Position numbers and translations under genes: made by a program. The notes under the pieces are model-generated. The model saw nothing but the letters and a program-made list of their open reading frames with translations. It made no database searches and was not told the DNA's origin. From a virus: 64,000 nucleotides of DNA. This document shows, one piece after another, positions 1 to 9,150 of the stretch. The stretch is taken from the IMG/VR virus record IMGVR_UViG_3300032242_001844; one strand, written 5' to 3'. Each line of letters begins with the position of its first letter. The first letter of the stretch is position 1.

Positions 1-705
1 GTTATCTTGCTTCCAAGTTTCTAACTTGACATTATTTTCTTCTGCAATACGAACTGCGGTATCAAAATCCCAATGGTATGGGTCAATCCACTCATTATCT
101 GGACCAGTGCTAAATGGATTGGCGCGACAAAAAACTGTTCCGCCTGGAACCAATAATTCAAAAACTCTGCCAAATCTTTCTGCTACCCATTCGTAGCTAT
201 AGAAATTTATACTACCAAATACGATTATTGCATCAAAACTTTCTGGTTTCCATTTAAAATCCATAATTTCAACCATATAATCTGCGTTTGGATTATAACG
301 ATCAATACCAATTAAGTTTGGAATTTGTGCTTTAAATTGATTAAACCCACATCCAACATCTAATACAGCACGAGGTTTAAGATCATTTACATCTTTGACA
401 ATATTCCAACCTGTAAAACGATATACTTCTGTGCGAGGTTTCCACATCTCGCCGCCCCACACACGGCATTGATACTTGTAATCAACATGATTAGTAAATT
501 CTTGTAAGGTTCCTTTAAATTCTATATCAACTCCTTGAAAAGTATCGCTGATATCTTTTTTAAACTTTTCCCAACGCTTTAAAGTCCATGGAAATTCGTT
601 TATATTAGTATTTTCATTAATACTATTACGAATTTCTGTATATCTTTCTAATTTAAATGAATCATTTAAATTTTTTAGTAAGAAGGCATAAATTTTCTTG
701 TTCAT
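1..705 (-). CDS. Class I SAM-dependent methyltransferase (3' end runs off window)
   Basis: Manual translation from ATG at 705: MNKKIYAF...VLDVGCGFNQ...ESFDAIIVFGSINF...LLVPGG (motifs I, II, III). Not in the ORF track because it has no stop inside the window. Confidence 0.8.
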   Translation of the reverse strand, partial: MNKKIYAFLLKNLNDSFKLERYTEIRNSINENTNINEFPWTLKRWEKFKKDISDTFQGVDIEFKGTLQEFTNHVDYKYQCRVWGGEMWKPRTEVYRFTGWNIVKDVNDLKPRAVLDVGCGFNQFKAQIPNLIGIDRYNPNADYMVEIMDFKWKPESFDAIIVFGSINFYSYEWVAERFGRVFELLVPGGTVFCRANPFSTGPDNEWIDPYHWDFDTAVRIAEENNVKLETWKQDN

Positions 706-784
706 CTAATTTTTTCCCAACTTTGATAAATAATTTTAAGATATCTAATTTTTTTACTAAATATTTATGATTTAGGAAACATGT

Positions 785-1468
785 ATGAATTTTTCTGAGA
801 ATAATAAAAAAAATAAGATGTTGTTGATTTTTGGACCACAGGGCAGCGGAAATCATCTTTTTAGTAAAATTTTTACCCTGCATCCAGATGTTCATGGATG
901 GGAAGAATTATTAGATAACAGTAATGAAGACAATTACTTTGTTCCTCATTGGCGTGAACCAAATAATCAAATTTGGAATAATATTGATTCAATAACCTTA
1001 GACATTATGGGTGGAAAAAATTATGCAGTACTAAGCGCAAGCGTTCCATTTTGGAATAAAGATGAGTTACAAGTTCCGCCAATCAATAAATTAATGGCTA
1101 AATTACAAAGTTTAGATATAGAAGTTCAGCCAGTAATAATTGGGCGTGATAAAACTATCTTAACAAACCAACAAACTAGACTTCGTGGTGGACCAACTTG
1201 GGGAAATATGACTCAAGTAATAAGATGGCTTGATGTTACGCCTTTTTATGTTAGCACTGAATTAGCGTATTTGTATAAAAAAGTTTATATTCGTGATATT
1301 GGAAAGTGGTTATCTTTCCCTGTTGCGTATACTGATCCTGCAATAGACAGCATTCTAGATGAAGACTCAAATGAAAAATATATTAAAAATGCTGATAACC
1401 CTTGGTTAGATGATATTGTTCGTAGAACGGGATATCCTGTAGCAGTACAGAAGAAAACCCCGTTTTGA
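785..1468 (+). CDS. Sulfotransferase-like P-loop protein
   Basis: N-terminal IFGPQGSGNHLFSKIFTLHPDV resembles the 5'-PSB loop of sulfotransferases; APS kinase lies downstream. Confidence 0.55.
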   Translation: MNFSENNKKNKMLLIFGPQGSGNHLFSKIFTLHPDVHGWEELLDNSNEDNYFVPHWREPNNQIWNNIDSITLDIMGGKNYAVLSASVPFWNKDELQVPPINKLMAKLQSLDIEVQPVIIGRDKTILTNQQTRLRGGPTWGNMTQVIRWLDVTPFYVSTELAYLYKKVYIRDIGKWLSFPVAYTDPAIDSILDEDSNEKYIKNADNPWLDDIVRRTGYPVAVQKKTPF

Positions 1469-1473
1469 ACGGC

Positions 1474-1513
1474 GTGGTTGTCTAGTTTAATCCCACTAAC
1501 ACTAGACAACCAC
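1474..1513. repeat. 13-bp perfect inverted repeat (intergenic hairpin)
   Basis: GTGGTTGTCTAGT-N14-ACTAGACAACCAC, with no U-tract. Confidence 0.7.
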
Positions 1514-1584
1514 ACATATATTACTACACATACAAAAAGTTGTTGACGCTTGTGGGAAAAATATGATATTGTTATTATAAGGAA

Positions 1585-2292
1585 ATGAAAATGGAAGATT
1601 ATAAAACCGCAAAAAGTGCATGGGAATTTGGTAAAAATCGCAGTAGCTATCACTTTGATACAAAGATAACTGATATGCGATGGGATACCGTTCAGGGTCT
1701 TGGAAAATTTTCTGGAAATTGGGCAGAAGAATTAGAACAGCAAATTGCTGACGCCGTTCCAGTAAATATTGCTACCCGCAGAAATCAATGGCAGCGTGAT
1801 CGTGGAATTGAACACAATAAAGTAAAATTACATACTGCAGAAACTAACGACTTCATAAATGTTGGTGCTGATCCAGAAATGACTATCTTTAGGGTTCAGC
1901 ATGACCTATCTCCTACTTTTCAGAAAATGGTAGAAGCAATTGGTCTAGAACAAAATGAAAGTCGTCTTCATATACAGTACCCAGGAGAAGCATTCTTAGG
2001 ACATGTTGACAGATTTGATTTAAATTATCCTGGAGTAGATCAAGATGATCTTATGAGAATTGGAATAATGCTAAAAGATTACGAGCAAGGGCATTTTTTT
2101 CAATTTGGCAATCATCTTTACCAGCATTGGAGAGCAGGTGATATTCATACATTTGATTATCGTCATGTTCCACATTATACTGCTAATAGTGGGTTGTCAC
2201 CTCGTGTAACACTGTTTACTACTGGAATTATTACAGATAAAACTCGTGCCTTCTTGAAACAAGCAAGACACGCAACCGAAATTCAAATTTAA
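1585..2292 (+). CDS. 2OG-Fe(II)/Asp-Arg hydroxylase-like dioxygenase
   Basis: HVD...H...R facial-triad pattern (GHVDR, PHYTAN, RVTL). Confidence 0.65.
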   Translation: MKMEDYKTAKSAWEFGKNRSSYHFDTKITDMRWDTVQGLGKFSGNWAEELEQQIADAVPVNIATRRNQWQRDRGIEHNKVKLHTAETNDFINVGADPEMTIFRVQHDLSPTFQKMVEAIGLEQNESRLHIQYPGEAFLGHVDRFDLNYPGVDQDDLMRIGIMLKDYEQGHFFQFGNHLYQHWRAGDIHTFDYRHVPHYTANSGLSPRVTLFTTGIITDKTRAFLKQARHATEIQI

Positions 2293-2307
2293 AAAAAGGA
2301 AAATAAA

Positions 2308-3762
2308 ATGGATATTCAAAAATTATTTCCAATTTTTGATCCAACCACTGGATTGGCAATTATTGGAATTTATGCAGTTTTTGTTTTTTTCTTAACCAAT
2401 TTTTTTGCTAAAGGTTTTGATAAAAACAAGGAAAGTTTTCTAGTTGCTAATCGTGAGATTGGTTTTTGGCAAGGTTCGTTCTCAGCAGGTGCTGCGTGGA
2501 TTCACGCACCAGGACTGTTTGTAGCAGCGCAGCAGGGCTATAACAACGGTTGGCCAGGCGTTCTATGGTTTAGTTTCGGTAACTTTTTTAGTTACATTGT
2601 TTTTGCTTATTTTATTAATAAGTTTAGAAATGAAAACGGAAAGCTATTCACGCTAAGTGAGTATTTCAAAGGAAAATGGGGTGGATTTATCAGTCTGCTT
2701 ATTGTAGTTCAGATGTTATTATTAACACTGCAATCATTAACTATTGATTTATTTGCTGGATCGCAAAGTGTTGCCATTGTAACTGGATTAAGTCCAATTT
2801 TAGTTTCGGCACTACTGGTTGGCATTGCGCTTACATATTCACTTCGTGGTGGCATTAAAGCATCTATCATTACTGATGTTGTAAAGATTGTAATGATATT
2901 TGTAGGCGTTGCCGTAGTTGGATATTCTGTGTACAGCGTAACAGGTGTACAGCCAATTATAGACGGCATTGCAGGTAAAGCAGGTAAAGGAACATCTCTA
3001 TGGAGTGATAGTTTTGCGTTAGGTTTATTATTTGGATTTGGCGTACCAACTGTTATTGGGCACTTTGCAAGTGCATGGACAACCAATGAAGGATTCCAAA
3101 ATGCTTTTAGTATGAAACCTAATGTTGCATTAAAAGCTTATATCGCTGCGCCATTTTACTGGTTAGTTCTTCAACTTATTGGTGGACCACTTGGTATGAT
3201 TGCTGCTTCAATGCATATTGATGCTGGTACTAAATCTGGGTTTGTTAACTTAATGGTAATGGCAAGTGTAGTAGGACCATGGTTAACCCTTGTATTCTTG
3301 ATTACTGTATTTGCTGGTCTTATTAGTATCATTGATACAATGTTAATCAATAGTGCAAATATTTTTGGTAGTGATATTCACGATTATTTCAAAGGAAAAA
3401 ATCCTGTATTGTGGAGTCGTATTGCTATGATTGGATTTGCTGCAGTAGGAATTACATTAGCAAATATTCCAGGACTTGATTTAAATACTATTTTCTTGTT
3501 CGGCAAAACATTTCAATTGTGTTTCTTTATCCCAGTCGTAATGGGCATTCTTGCACCACACTTCCTTACAAAGTGGGGATTTATTAGTGGTGCCGCTGTA
3601 GGATCACTAATTGGTTCTCCGATATATGTTTGGGGATTGTTGCTTGGCGGTGGTCCTATTATTCAAGTAACTGGAACACTTATTCAAGTATTTGGTGCTG
3701 GTATTGTTTGTTATGTTGTTAGCAAAATAACTGCGCCACAACAAATTGCCGTTGCAGTATGA
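2308..3762 (+). CDS. Sodium:solute symporter (SSS family; PutP/DUR3-like)
   Basis: 484 aa with about 13 hydrophobic segments; ESFLVANR and YSLRGGIKASIITD SSS motifs. Confidence 0.85.
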   Translation: MDIQKLFPIFDPTTGLAIIGIYAVFVFFLTNFFAKGFDKNKESFLVANREIGFWQGSFSAGAAWIHAPGLFVAAQQGYNNGWPGVLWFSFGNFFSYIVFAYFINKFRNENGKLFTLSEYFKGKWGGFISLLIVVQMLLLTLQSLTIDLFAGSQSVAIVTGLSPILVSALLVGIALTYSLRGGIKASIITDVVKIVMIFVGVAVVGYSVYSVTGVQPIIDGIAGKAGKGTSLWSDSFALGLLFGFGVPTVIGHFASAWTTNEGFQNAFSMKPNVALKAYIAAPFYWLVLQLIGGPLGMIAASMHIDAGTKSGFVNLMVMASVVGPWLTLVFLITVFAGLISIIDTMLINSANIFGSDIHDYFKGKNPVLWSRIAMIGFAAVGITLANIPGLDLNTIFLFGKTFQLCFFIPVVMGILAPHFLTKWGFISGAAVGSLIGSPIYVWGLLLGGGPIIQVTGTLIQVFGAGIVCYVVSKITAPQQIAVAV

Positions 3763-4232
3763 ATAAAAAAATACTAATAATGGGCTTGCCAGGGTCGGGT
3801 AAAACTACTCTGGCGAAAGCCTTGGCACCAAAATTGAAAGCAGTTCACTGGAATGCAGACGCTGTTCGTGCTAATATCAACAGTCATCTTGGTTTCAGTG
3901 AAGCAGATCGTATAGAACAAGCTAGACGAATGGGTTGGCTATGCGATCAAGTTGTGGCAGCAGGTTCATGGGTGATAGCTGATTTTGTATGTCCTACACC
4001 AGCCACTCGTGCAGCCTTTGGACCTGCTACTGTTATTTGGGTTGATACGATTAAAGAAGGCAGATTTGAGGATACGAACAAGTTGTTTGTAAATCCAGAA
4101 CCAGGCAGTTATTACTTTCGTGTAGATACACAAGATGCGCTATTCTGGTCAAAGTATATCATGGAAGAACTTGACTTTGATACGCATCCAACTTGGATTA
4201 AAGCAATGATTAAAGGATTAAAATTATCATGA
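3759..4232 (+). CDS. cysC: Adenylyl-sulfate (APS) kinase-like
   Basis: GLPGSGKTT P-loop, NADAVR, LGFSEADRIEQARR, DFVCP. Confidence 0.75.
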   Translation: MNKKILIMGLPGSGKTTLAKALAPKLKAVHWNADAVRANINSHLGFSEADRIEQARRMGWLCDQVVAAGSWVIADFVCPTPATRAAFGPATVIWVDTIKEGRFEDTNKLFVNPEPGSYYFRVDTQDALFWSKYIMEELDFDTHPTWIKAMIKGLKLS

Positions 4233-4594
4233 CAAAATGGAATAATCAAGCACCGACTGTGCAGATGTTGGGGCGATGGCAACCATGGCACGATGGGCAT
4301 CTTGCACTCTTTAAACGAGCACATGCTAAAACAGGACAAGTTATGATTATGGTTCGTGATGTTGGCGGCAGTGAAAATAATCCATTTGATTATGGATTTG
4401 TTAAAGAACGCATTATCAAAGAACTAGAAGCACAAGGTTATAAATCAAATCGGGATTTCCTTGTAAATCTTGTTCCTAATATTGTTAATATTACATATGG
4501 GCGTGATGTTGGATACAAGATTGAGCAGGAAGTGTTTGATGATGAAACACATGCTATTAGCGCAACTAAGATTCGCAAAGAAATGGGTCTTTAA
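4229..4594 (+). CDS. HxGH nucleotidyltransferase (cytidylyltransferase-like)
   Basis: GRWQPWHDGH and ISATKIR motifs; start overlaps the cysC stop (ATGA). Confidence 0.75.
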   Translation: MTKWNNQAPTVQMLGRWQPWHDGHLALFKRAHAKTGQVMIMVRDVGGSENNPFDYGFVKERIIKELEAQGYKSNRDFLVNLVPNIVNITYGRDVGYKIEQEVFDDETHAISATKIRKEMGL

Positions 4595-4878
4595 TTCTTT
4601 TTAAATCGCATCATAAAGATATTAACATCTTCGCTGCTGCTAAAAAGCAGCGACCAGTATGGATCGCCGCTGTTAAATCTAAAATTTAATGAATAATCGT
4701 GAGAGAAACAATCATCACACCATTGCTTTAGTGGTTGCTGTATTGTTTCTTTTAAAAAATCAGTACCTAATGGGGGGAAATGTGGCAACCCTATATTGGG
4801 ATAAACTCTAACCAAGTATTTGTCTGGTGCAAGGGAGGTAATAGAACTTACTTCAATATTATCTATTGTTGGGTTCAT
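4591..4878 (-). CDS. Small hypothetical protein (paralog of 29346..29573)
   Basis: Shares RFNSG(D/E)PYW and a C-terminal FxMR(F/W) with 29346..29573. Confidence 0.65.
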   Translation of the reverse strand: MNPTIDNIEVSSITSLAPDKYLVRVYPNIGLPHFPPLGTDFLKETIQQPLKQWCDDCFSHDYSLNFRFNSGDPYWSLLFSSSEDVNIFMMRFKKN

Positions 4879-5036
4879 TTATGAACTTTGCGTATCTCAT
4901 CGATACGCTGTGTCATATACTCTATTATAGTAAGTCTCTTGTCATCGGGCATATCGTATGTCTTAGTTTTTAATTCGTTGTTGATTATATATGTAAAAGC
5001 AAACTCAATCATTTTTGCAATTGAATAATTTAACAT
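4875..5036 (-). CDS. Small hypothetical protein (53 aa)
   Basis: MLNYSIAKMIEF...; TAAATA-N5-ATG start; stop overlaps next ATG. Confidence 0.55.
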   Translation of the reverse strand: MLNYSIAKMIEFAFTYIINNELKTKTYDMPDDKRLTIIEYMTQRIDEIRKVHK

Positions 5037-5076
5037 AATAATATTTATTGCAATTTTATGACTGTAGAAAAAATAT

Positions 5077-5150
5077 TGGAGCGGAGTAGGAGAATCGAAC
5101 TCCTCGCATCAGATTGGAAATCTGAGGTATTGCCACTATACGAACTCCGC
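5077..5150 (-). tRNA. tRNA-Gly(UCC)
   Basis: Cloverleaf, loop TT-TCC-AA, TTCGA, encoded CCA. Confidence 0.95.
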
Positions 5151-5444
5151 TTATCTTTTATTATCAGGAGTATTTGCTACCCAATTTGCAATTCCTGATT
5201 TATTTACACCCCATGCAGTTCCCATAGAATGTCTCATTTCTGTTTTTTCAGAAGCTTTCCAAAATGTTTTGCCATATCCACTGCTTGATACATCTGTTTT
5301 TGGAAGTGGAATATTATTTTCTAGCATATAAATTTCTTGTTGTATTCTTTCATTGCGTCGTTGCCAAGTAAATTCATTTACTTTTCTTGGTTTGCATTCT
5401 TTTAATTGATTTTTTAATTTAGTAAGTTTATCTTGTTTTTTCAT
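5151..5444 (-). CDS. Hypothetical basic protein
   Basis: ORF track; TAAATA upstream. Confidence 0.55.
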   Translation of the reverse strand: MKKQDKLTKLKNQLKECKPRKVNEFTWQRRNERIQQEIYMLENNIPLPKTDVSSSGYGKTFWKASEKTEMRHSMGTAWGVNKSGIANWVANTPDNKR

Positions 5445-5586
5445 GTCTATATTATTTAATTAAACTGTGGATATCAAAATCAGTTAAAAGCCATTTGACC
5501 AATAGTACAAGCCAAAGGATTCTAACAGATTCGTCTACAAACCGTCTATAAAACTTATACATCTTAGTCTACTTTCTTTTCTGTGT

Positions 5587-5676
5587 TGGCGGAAGAGGTG
5601 AGATTCGAACTCACGGTAGGCTTTCACCTACGCTAGTTTTCAAGACTAGAGCCATAAACCACTCGGCCACCCTTCC
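5587..5676 (-). tRNA. tRNA-Ser(UGA)
   Basis: Class II cloverleaf with long variable arm, CT-TGA-AA, G73, CCA. Confidence 0.95.
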
Positions 5677-5681
5677 AATAA

Positions 5682-5756
5682 TGGTGCTGTTAGAGAGAAT
5701 CGAACTCCCGATCTATTGATTACTAATCAATTGCCTTACCACTCGGCTATAACAGC
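5682..5756 (-). tRNA. tRNA-Thr(AGU) (unusual A34)
   Basis: Stem ATTGA/TCAAT, loop TT-AGT-AA, CCA. Confidence 0.9.
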
Positions 5757-5758
5757 AT

Positions 5759-5836
5759 TGGTGCCCCGCCCCCGATTCGAACGGGGAACCTCTTGATTCT
5801 AAGTCAAGTACCTCTAACCAGTTGGGCTAGCGGGGC
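5759..5836 (-). tRNA. tRNA-Leu(UAG), short variable loop
   Basis: Loop CT-TAG-AA, 5-nt variable region, A73, CCA. Confidence 0.9.
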
Positions 5837-5928
5837 ATCATTTAATTATATTACAATAAATAGTTATGCTTGTCAACAACAAATTTGTCTTTTCAAAAAA
5901 TAAAATTATCTTTTATAAGGACATTTGC

Positions 5929-6429
5929 ATGGTTATGGACCCAAAAAGTGCTGCTAAATTAGGTGAAGCCTATGGCAAAGGCGTTACAGATGCTGTATTT
6001 GGCATCGTAGATGTTGTTAGAAATGCACCTACACAAAAAGCTGCTAACAATCAGCGTGTGATTAATCAAAATAAAATCACTGAAATAAACAACCAAGTTA
6101 TTAGGAATAACAATGCGCTGCGTGAACAAGCTATGCGTGAAATTGCTGCAGAGCAAGAAGCAGCGATGATATCAAGATTGTCTCCAGCACAACGCCAAGC
6201 GTTTTATCAGGCAAGAGCAGATGCAGCCAAAGAAGCACATAGGGCCAAAGTAGCTGCAGAAAGAAAAAAAGAAGAATTTTGGGAAATGTTCTGGGCTTTG
6301 TTCTTTATATTCGGTGTTCTTCCATTTCTTATATGGATAGGATTACTTATATGGGGTATTTCTGATGTGATGGCTTGCTATAGTATGAAATCAATAGTTC
6401 CGTTAATGAAAGCAATCTGTGGTCGCTAA
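5929..6429 (+). CDS. Hypothetical membrane protein (coiled coil plus C-terminal TM)
   Basis: Start refined to MVMDPK after AAGGA; hydrophobic FWALFFIFGVLPFLIWIG. Confidence 0.6.
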   Translation: MVMDPKSAAKLGEAYGKGVTDAVFGIVDVVRNAPTQKAANNQRVINQNKITEINNQVIRNNNALREQAMREIAAEQEAAMISRLSPAQRQAFYQARADAAKEAHRAKVAAERKKEEFWEMFWALFFIFGVLPFLIWIGLLIWGISDVMACYSMKSIVPLMKAICGR

Positions 6430-6704
6430 TGGTTGAACCAGTGAGCAGCGAGGATATAAGCAATCATCCTTGGTTAAGTGCATGGAATAAAATAGATGAA
6501 AGTGGAAAAATAGATATATTAAGAGCAAAAGTTACTGAACTAGAAGATTTATTAGGGACGGCATCGATAATCTTAATCATTCTTGTAAGTATTTTATTGT
6601 TCATTGCCATTGTATTTTTTTTAAATATGTTTGGAAGTGGCTCAATATCTATGAGTCAAGTAGGTCAAATTAGCGGAATGATCAAGCAATTTACAGGAAG
6701 GTAA
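6429..6704 (+). CDS. Hypothetical membrane protein
   Basis: Single TM segment; coupled to the upstream gene (TAATG). Confidence 0.6.
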   Translation: MVEPVSSEDISNHPWLSAWNKIDESGKIDILRAKVTELEDLLGTASIILIILVSILLFIAIVFFLNMFGSGSISMSQVGQISGMIKQFTGR

Positions 6705-6752
6705 TTATCAAAAGAGTTGGGTACACTACTAAAAACATTAGTAGGAAGATAA

Positions 6753-6827
6753 TGGCTGCGTTGGCAGGATTCGAACCTGCGACCAAGTGATTAACAGTCA
6801 CCTGCGCTACCGCTGCGCCACAACGCA
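6753..6827 (-). tRNA. tRNA-Asn(GUU)
   Basis: CT-GTT-AA, G73, CCA. Confidence 0.95.
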
Positions 6828-6866
6828 TCAGCCTTATTATTAATATACTTATATTTTCTTATTTTG

Positions 6867-7913
6867 TCAAGCAAAAAATTCAACTAAATTTAACTTTTCA
6901 TATGGCTTGTGATAAAATATATTTTGGTTATGTACTATTAGCTGCAAATTGTCATCCCAAAATTGTCGCCAATCTTCTAAAGAAATAGATAGTAATCTAT
7001 TGATTTCTTCTTTATATGCCAAGAACCTTGAATCATCGTCTTTTATATTATCATAACTATAATCTATGAAAGTTGGAAATATAAAACCTAAATTTTTCAA
7101 GTGTTGAATATAACCACAATTGCTGAATGGCAATATAAAATGACCTTTGATTAATGGTTCATATGTTTTTTCACTTGGGGTATATCCTTCGCCCCATTCA
7201 CAAATTTCACCAAAAATGCTTATAAAAGTATTTTCGTAATATAAGATATGCGGTGGACTATACCCAAATCCAGGATAATCACCCATGGTTTTAGATTCTA
7301 AAAAATTTATATCTTTGCATTTTGGTAATATTTTTTGTGGTATCAAGAAATTTTTATTATCGCCTTCTATATAACTAACATATCCTAATTTATTGTTATA
7401 TGGTTTTAAAAAATTTGAAATTTGAGGGCGGTATCTTAATGATTTTCTATAACTAAAAGTAGGCGAAAGAAATATTTTGTTTTTTGTTTTAGCATTTAGA
7501 TTATTAGTTAGTACATAAGAATTTTTGTACCACATCCATTTAATAGTATCATTTGAAAATTTAAAGTTAGTATAATATGCTTTTGTTCTGTTGAATAAAA
7601 AATCATGATATAAAACGCGACTATGTTGGCGATTTAGATCATATTGGTTTATAATATAATATAAACCATTATTTTTACATTCTTCTATTGTGTCTCTTGC
7701 TAAGTTTTCGTTTGAAAAAAATATACAAAGGTCAAGTTTTGTTTTAGATTTGACATTATCATTGAAATTGTATGAGTGCCACTGCGAACGAACATTTATG
7801 TCTACTATGTCATTTTCATTTGTCGTAATAGTATAATCATCGCCATTTAAATCAAAAAACATCCTAACATCATATAGCGTAGGATCACCATCAAAGTATA
7901 TTTTAAAACTCAT
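6867..7913 (-). CDS. GT-B/GT10-like putative glycosyltransferase ('SEKT.KP' family)
   Basis: SEKTYEPLIKGH...LKNLGF...IDYSYD..R shared with 19355, 30522 and 55036; start refined to MSFKIY because the longer ORF overlaps a tRNA. Confidence 0.55.
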   Translation of the reverse strand: MSFKIYFDGDPTLYDVRMFFDLNGDDYTITTNENDIVDINVRSQWHSYNFNDNVKSKTKLDLCIFFSNENLARDTIEECKNNGLYYIINQYDLNRQHSRVLYHDFLFNRTKAYYTNFKFSNDTIKWMWYKNSYVLTNNLNAKTKNKIFLSPTFSYRKSLRYRPQISNFLKPYNNKLGYVSYIEGDNKNFLIPQKILPKCKDINFLESKTMGDYPGFGYSPPHILYYENTFISIFGEICEWGEGYTPSEKTYEPLIKGHFILPFSNCGYIQHLKNLGFIFPTFIDYSYDNIKDDDSRFLAYKEEINRLLSISLEDWRQFWDDNLQLIVHNQNIFYHKPYEKLNLVEFFA

Positions 7914-7931
7914 GCTATATTTAAGAAGGTT

Positions 7932-8008
7932 TGGTGCCCACAGAGAGATTTGAACTCCCAACCTACGGTTTCGAAGACCGCCGCTCTATCCAGTTGAACT
8001 ATGTAGGC
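7932..8008 (-). tRNA. tRNA-Arg(UCG)
   Basis: CT-TCG-AA, CCA. Confidence 0.93.
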
Positions 8009-8744
8009 TATACTTTTTATAAAAATTTTCAGCAATTTCTTGAGATGTTTGACTACCAAAGTGAACCCCATCTCTTGCTAAATCACCAATTTTTTTTAAT
8101 TTTTCAAAATCATGATTGAAAAATCTGTCATAAGTTATTAATTCATTATAATATTCATCGCATTTATATAAATCATCAAAGTATGGATTTGCACTACATA
8201 ATACAGGAATTTTTTTAGAATCATATTGTTTAAATTTTTTTAATGCATAGTCAAATTGATCTTTTAGAAAACTTCTTTGAGAATGTTCTAATTTTGCAAC
8301 TTGTCTTCTCGGCCATTCATAAAAAACTTTGTCATCTTTAAAAGATGTGTCATAAAAATTAAACCCAAACATTGCAAAAATAGATTTAGGTTGGCACGAT
8401 ACAATATAATCTAAAACTTTTGTCATCCAAAAATTAGAAGCACCATCTGACGCAACAATATAAATTCTTTCTCCAATTAATTTTTCAAGATAGCAGGGCC
8501 ATCTTTCATCTTTTGGTTGACCAATCCCGTTAGAAAAACTAGAACCAATAACAACATTTTTATTTTTAAAATTTGGAAATTCTTCTTCTCTAAATCCATG
8601 AGAATTAAACTCATACGAAATGGGCGTAGTATAATTTAAAAAATAATCTTTGTCTTTTGCTTCTGATAAACTATCTTTTCCAAGAAACTCAAAAGTTTTA
8701 AATCTTCTATCTTGTTGTTCTATAGGTAAAAAATTAATTAACAT
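7986..8744 (-). CDS. SGNH/GDSL-like hydrolase or acyltransferase
   Basis: GSSFSNG, DGASN and DGVH motifs; start refined to MLINFL. Confidence 0.65.
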   Translation of the reverse strand: MLINFLPIEQQDRRFKTFEFLGKDSLSEAKDKDYFLNYTTPISYEFNSHGFREEEFPNFKNKNVVIGSSFSNGIGQPKDERWPCYLEKLIGERIYIVASDGASNFWMTKVLDYIVSCQPKSIFAMFGFNFYDTSFKDDKVFYEWPRRQVAKLEHSQRSFLKDQFDYALKKFKQYDSKKIPVLCSANPYFDDLYKCDEYYNELITYDRFFNHDFEKLKKIGDLARDGVHFGSQTSQEIAENFYKKYSLHSSTG

Positions 8745-8758
8745 AATAATATTTATTG

Positions 8759-8835
8759 TGGTAGACGCTCTGGGATTCGAACCCAGCACCTATGGTTTAA
8801 AAGACCATTGCTCTAACCAAATGAGCTAAGCGTCC
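8759..8835 (-). tRNA. tRNA-Lys(UUU)
   Basis: CT-TTT-AA, CCA. Confidence 0.95.
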
Positions 8836-8935
8836 AAAATTTCAAAGTCAGTGTGCAGCCCCCATCTATCGCCCACACCGTGACACATCCCATCGCCATT
8901 GCGGATTGTTTACTGTGCCTTACCGTCTCTTATAT

Positions 8936-9011
8936 TGGTCTCCGTGTCTGGCGCTGCCCCAGATTCCCCGCAGTCCAAGTGCGGTATTAATCTTACCCTA
9001 ACTCCACAGAG
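8936..9011 (-). tRNA. Atypical tRNA-Pro(UGG)
   Basis: C1-G72, A73, CCA, stem CCGCA/TGCGG with CT-TGG-AC; T-loop GGCAGCG and G8 are non-canonical. Confidence 0.7.
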
Positions 9012-9020
9012 ATAAACTAT

Positions 9021-9138
9021 GAAGGTTCCGATAGCCACCCATCGTCACCTACAACCGTTGGTAGTGATAGTTCTAGTTATTCCATCACCACATTTGTTCT
9101 TAAGAAGGTTCCCAGTCATATACAGGTCACCTACAACC
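9021..9138. repeat. Two copies of a bipartite motif GAAGGTTCC-N13/14-GTCACCTACAACC
   Basis: Copies at 9021-9056 and 9104-9138 with identical flanks and different middles. Confidence 0.75.
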
Positions 9139-9150
9139 CTCTTACCTAAT

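Noticed and set aside
480-705. Acyl-carrier-like N-terminus on the methyltransferase
   Set aside because: Only a vague helix pattern, with no DSL phosphopantetheine serine motif.
5759-5836. Possible amber suppressor or stop-codon recoding
   Set aside because: Anticodon UAG reads CUA (Leu). No CUA/UCA/UUA anticodon was found, and long genes are intact in the standard code.
9021-9138. Mini CRISPR array or known ribozyme
   Set aside because: Only two bipartite copies, no cas genes, and no hammerhead core or convincing HDV/theta topology by eye.
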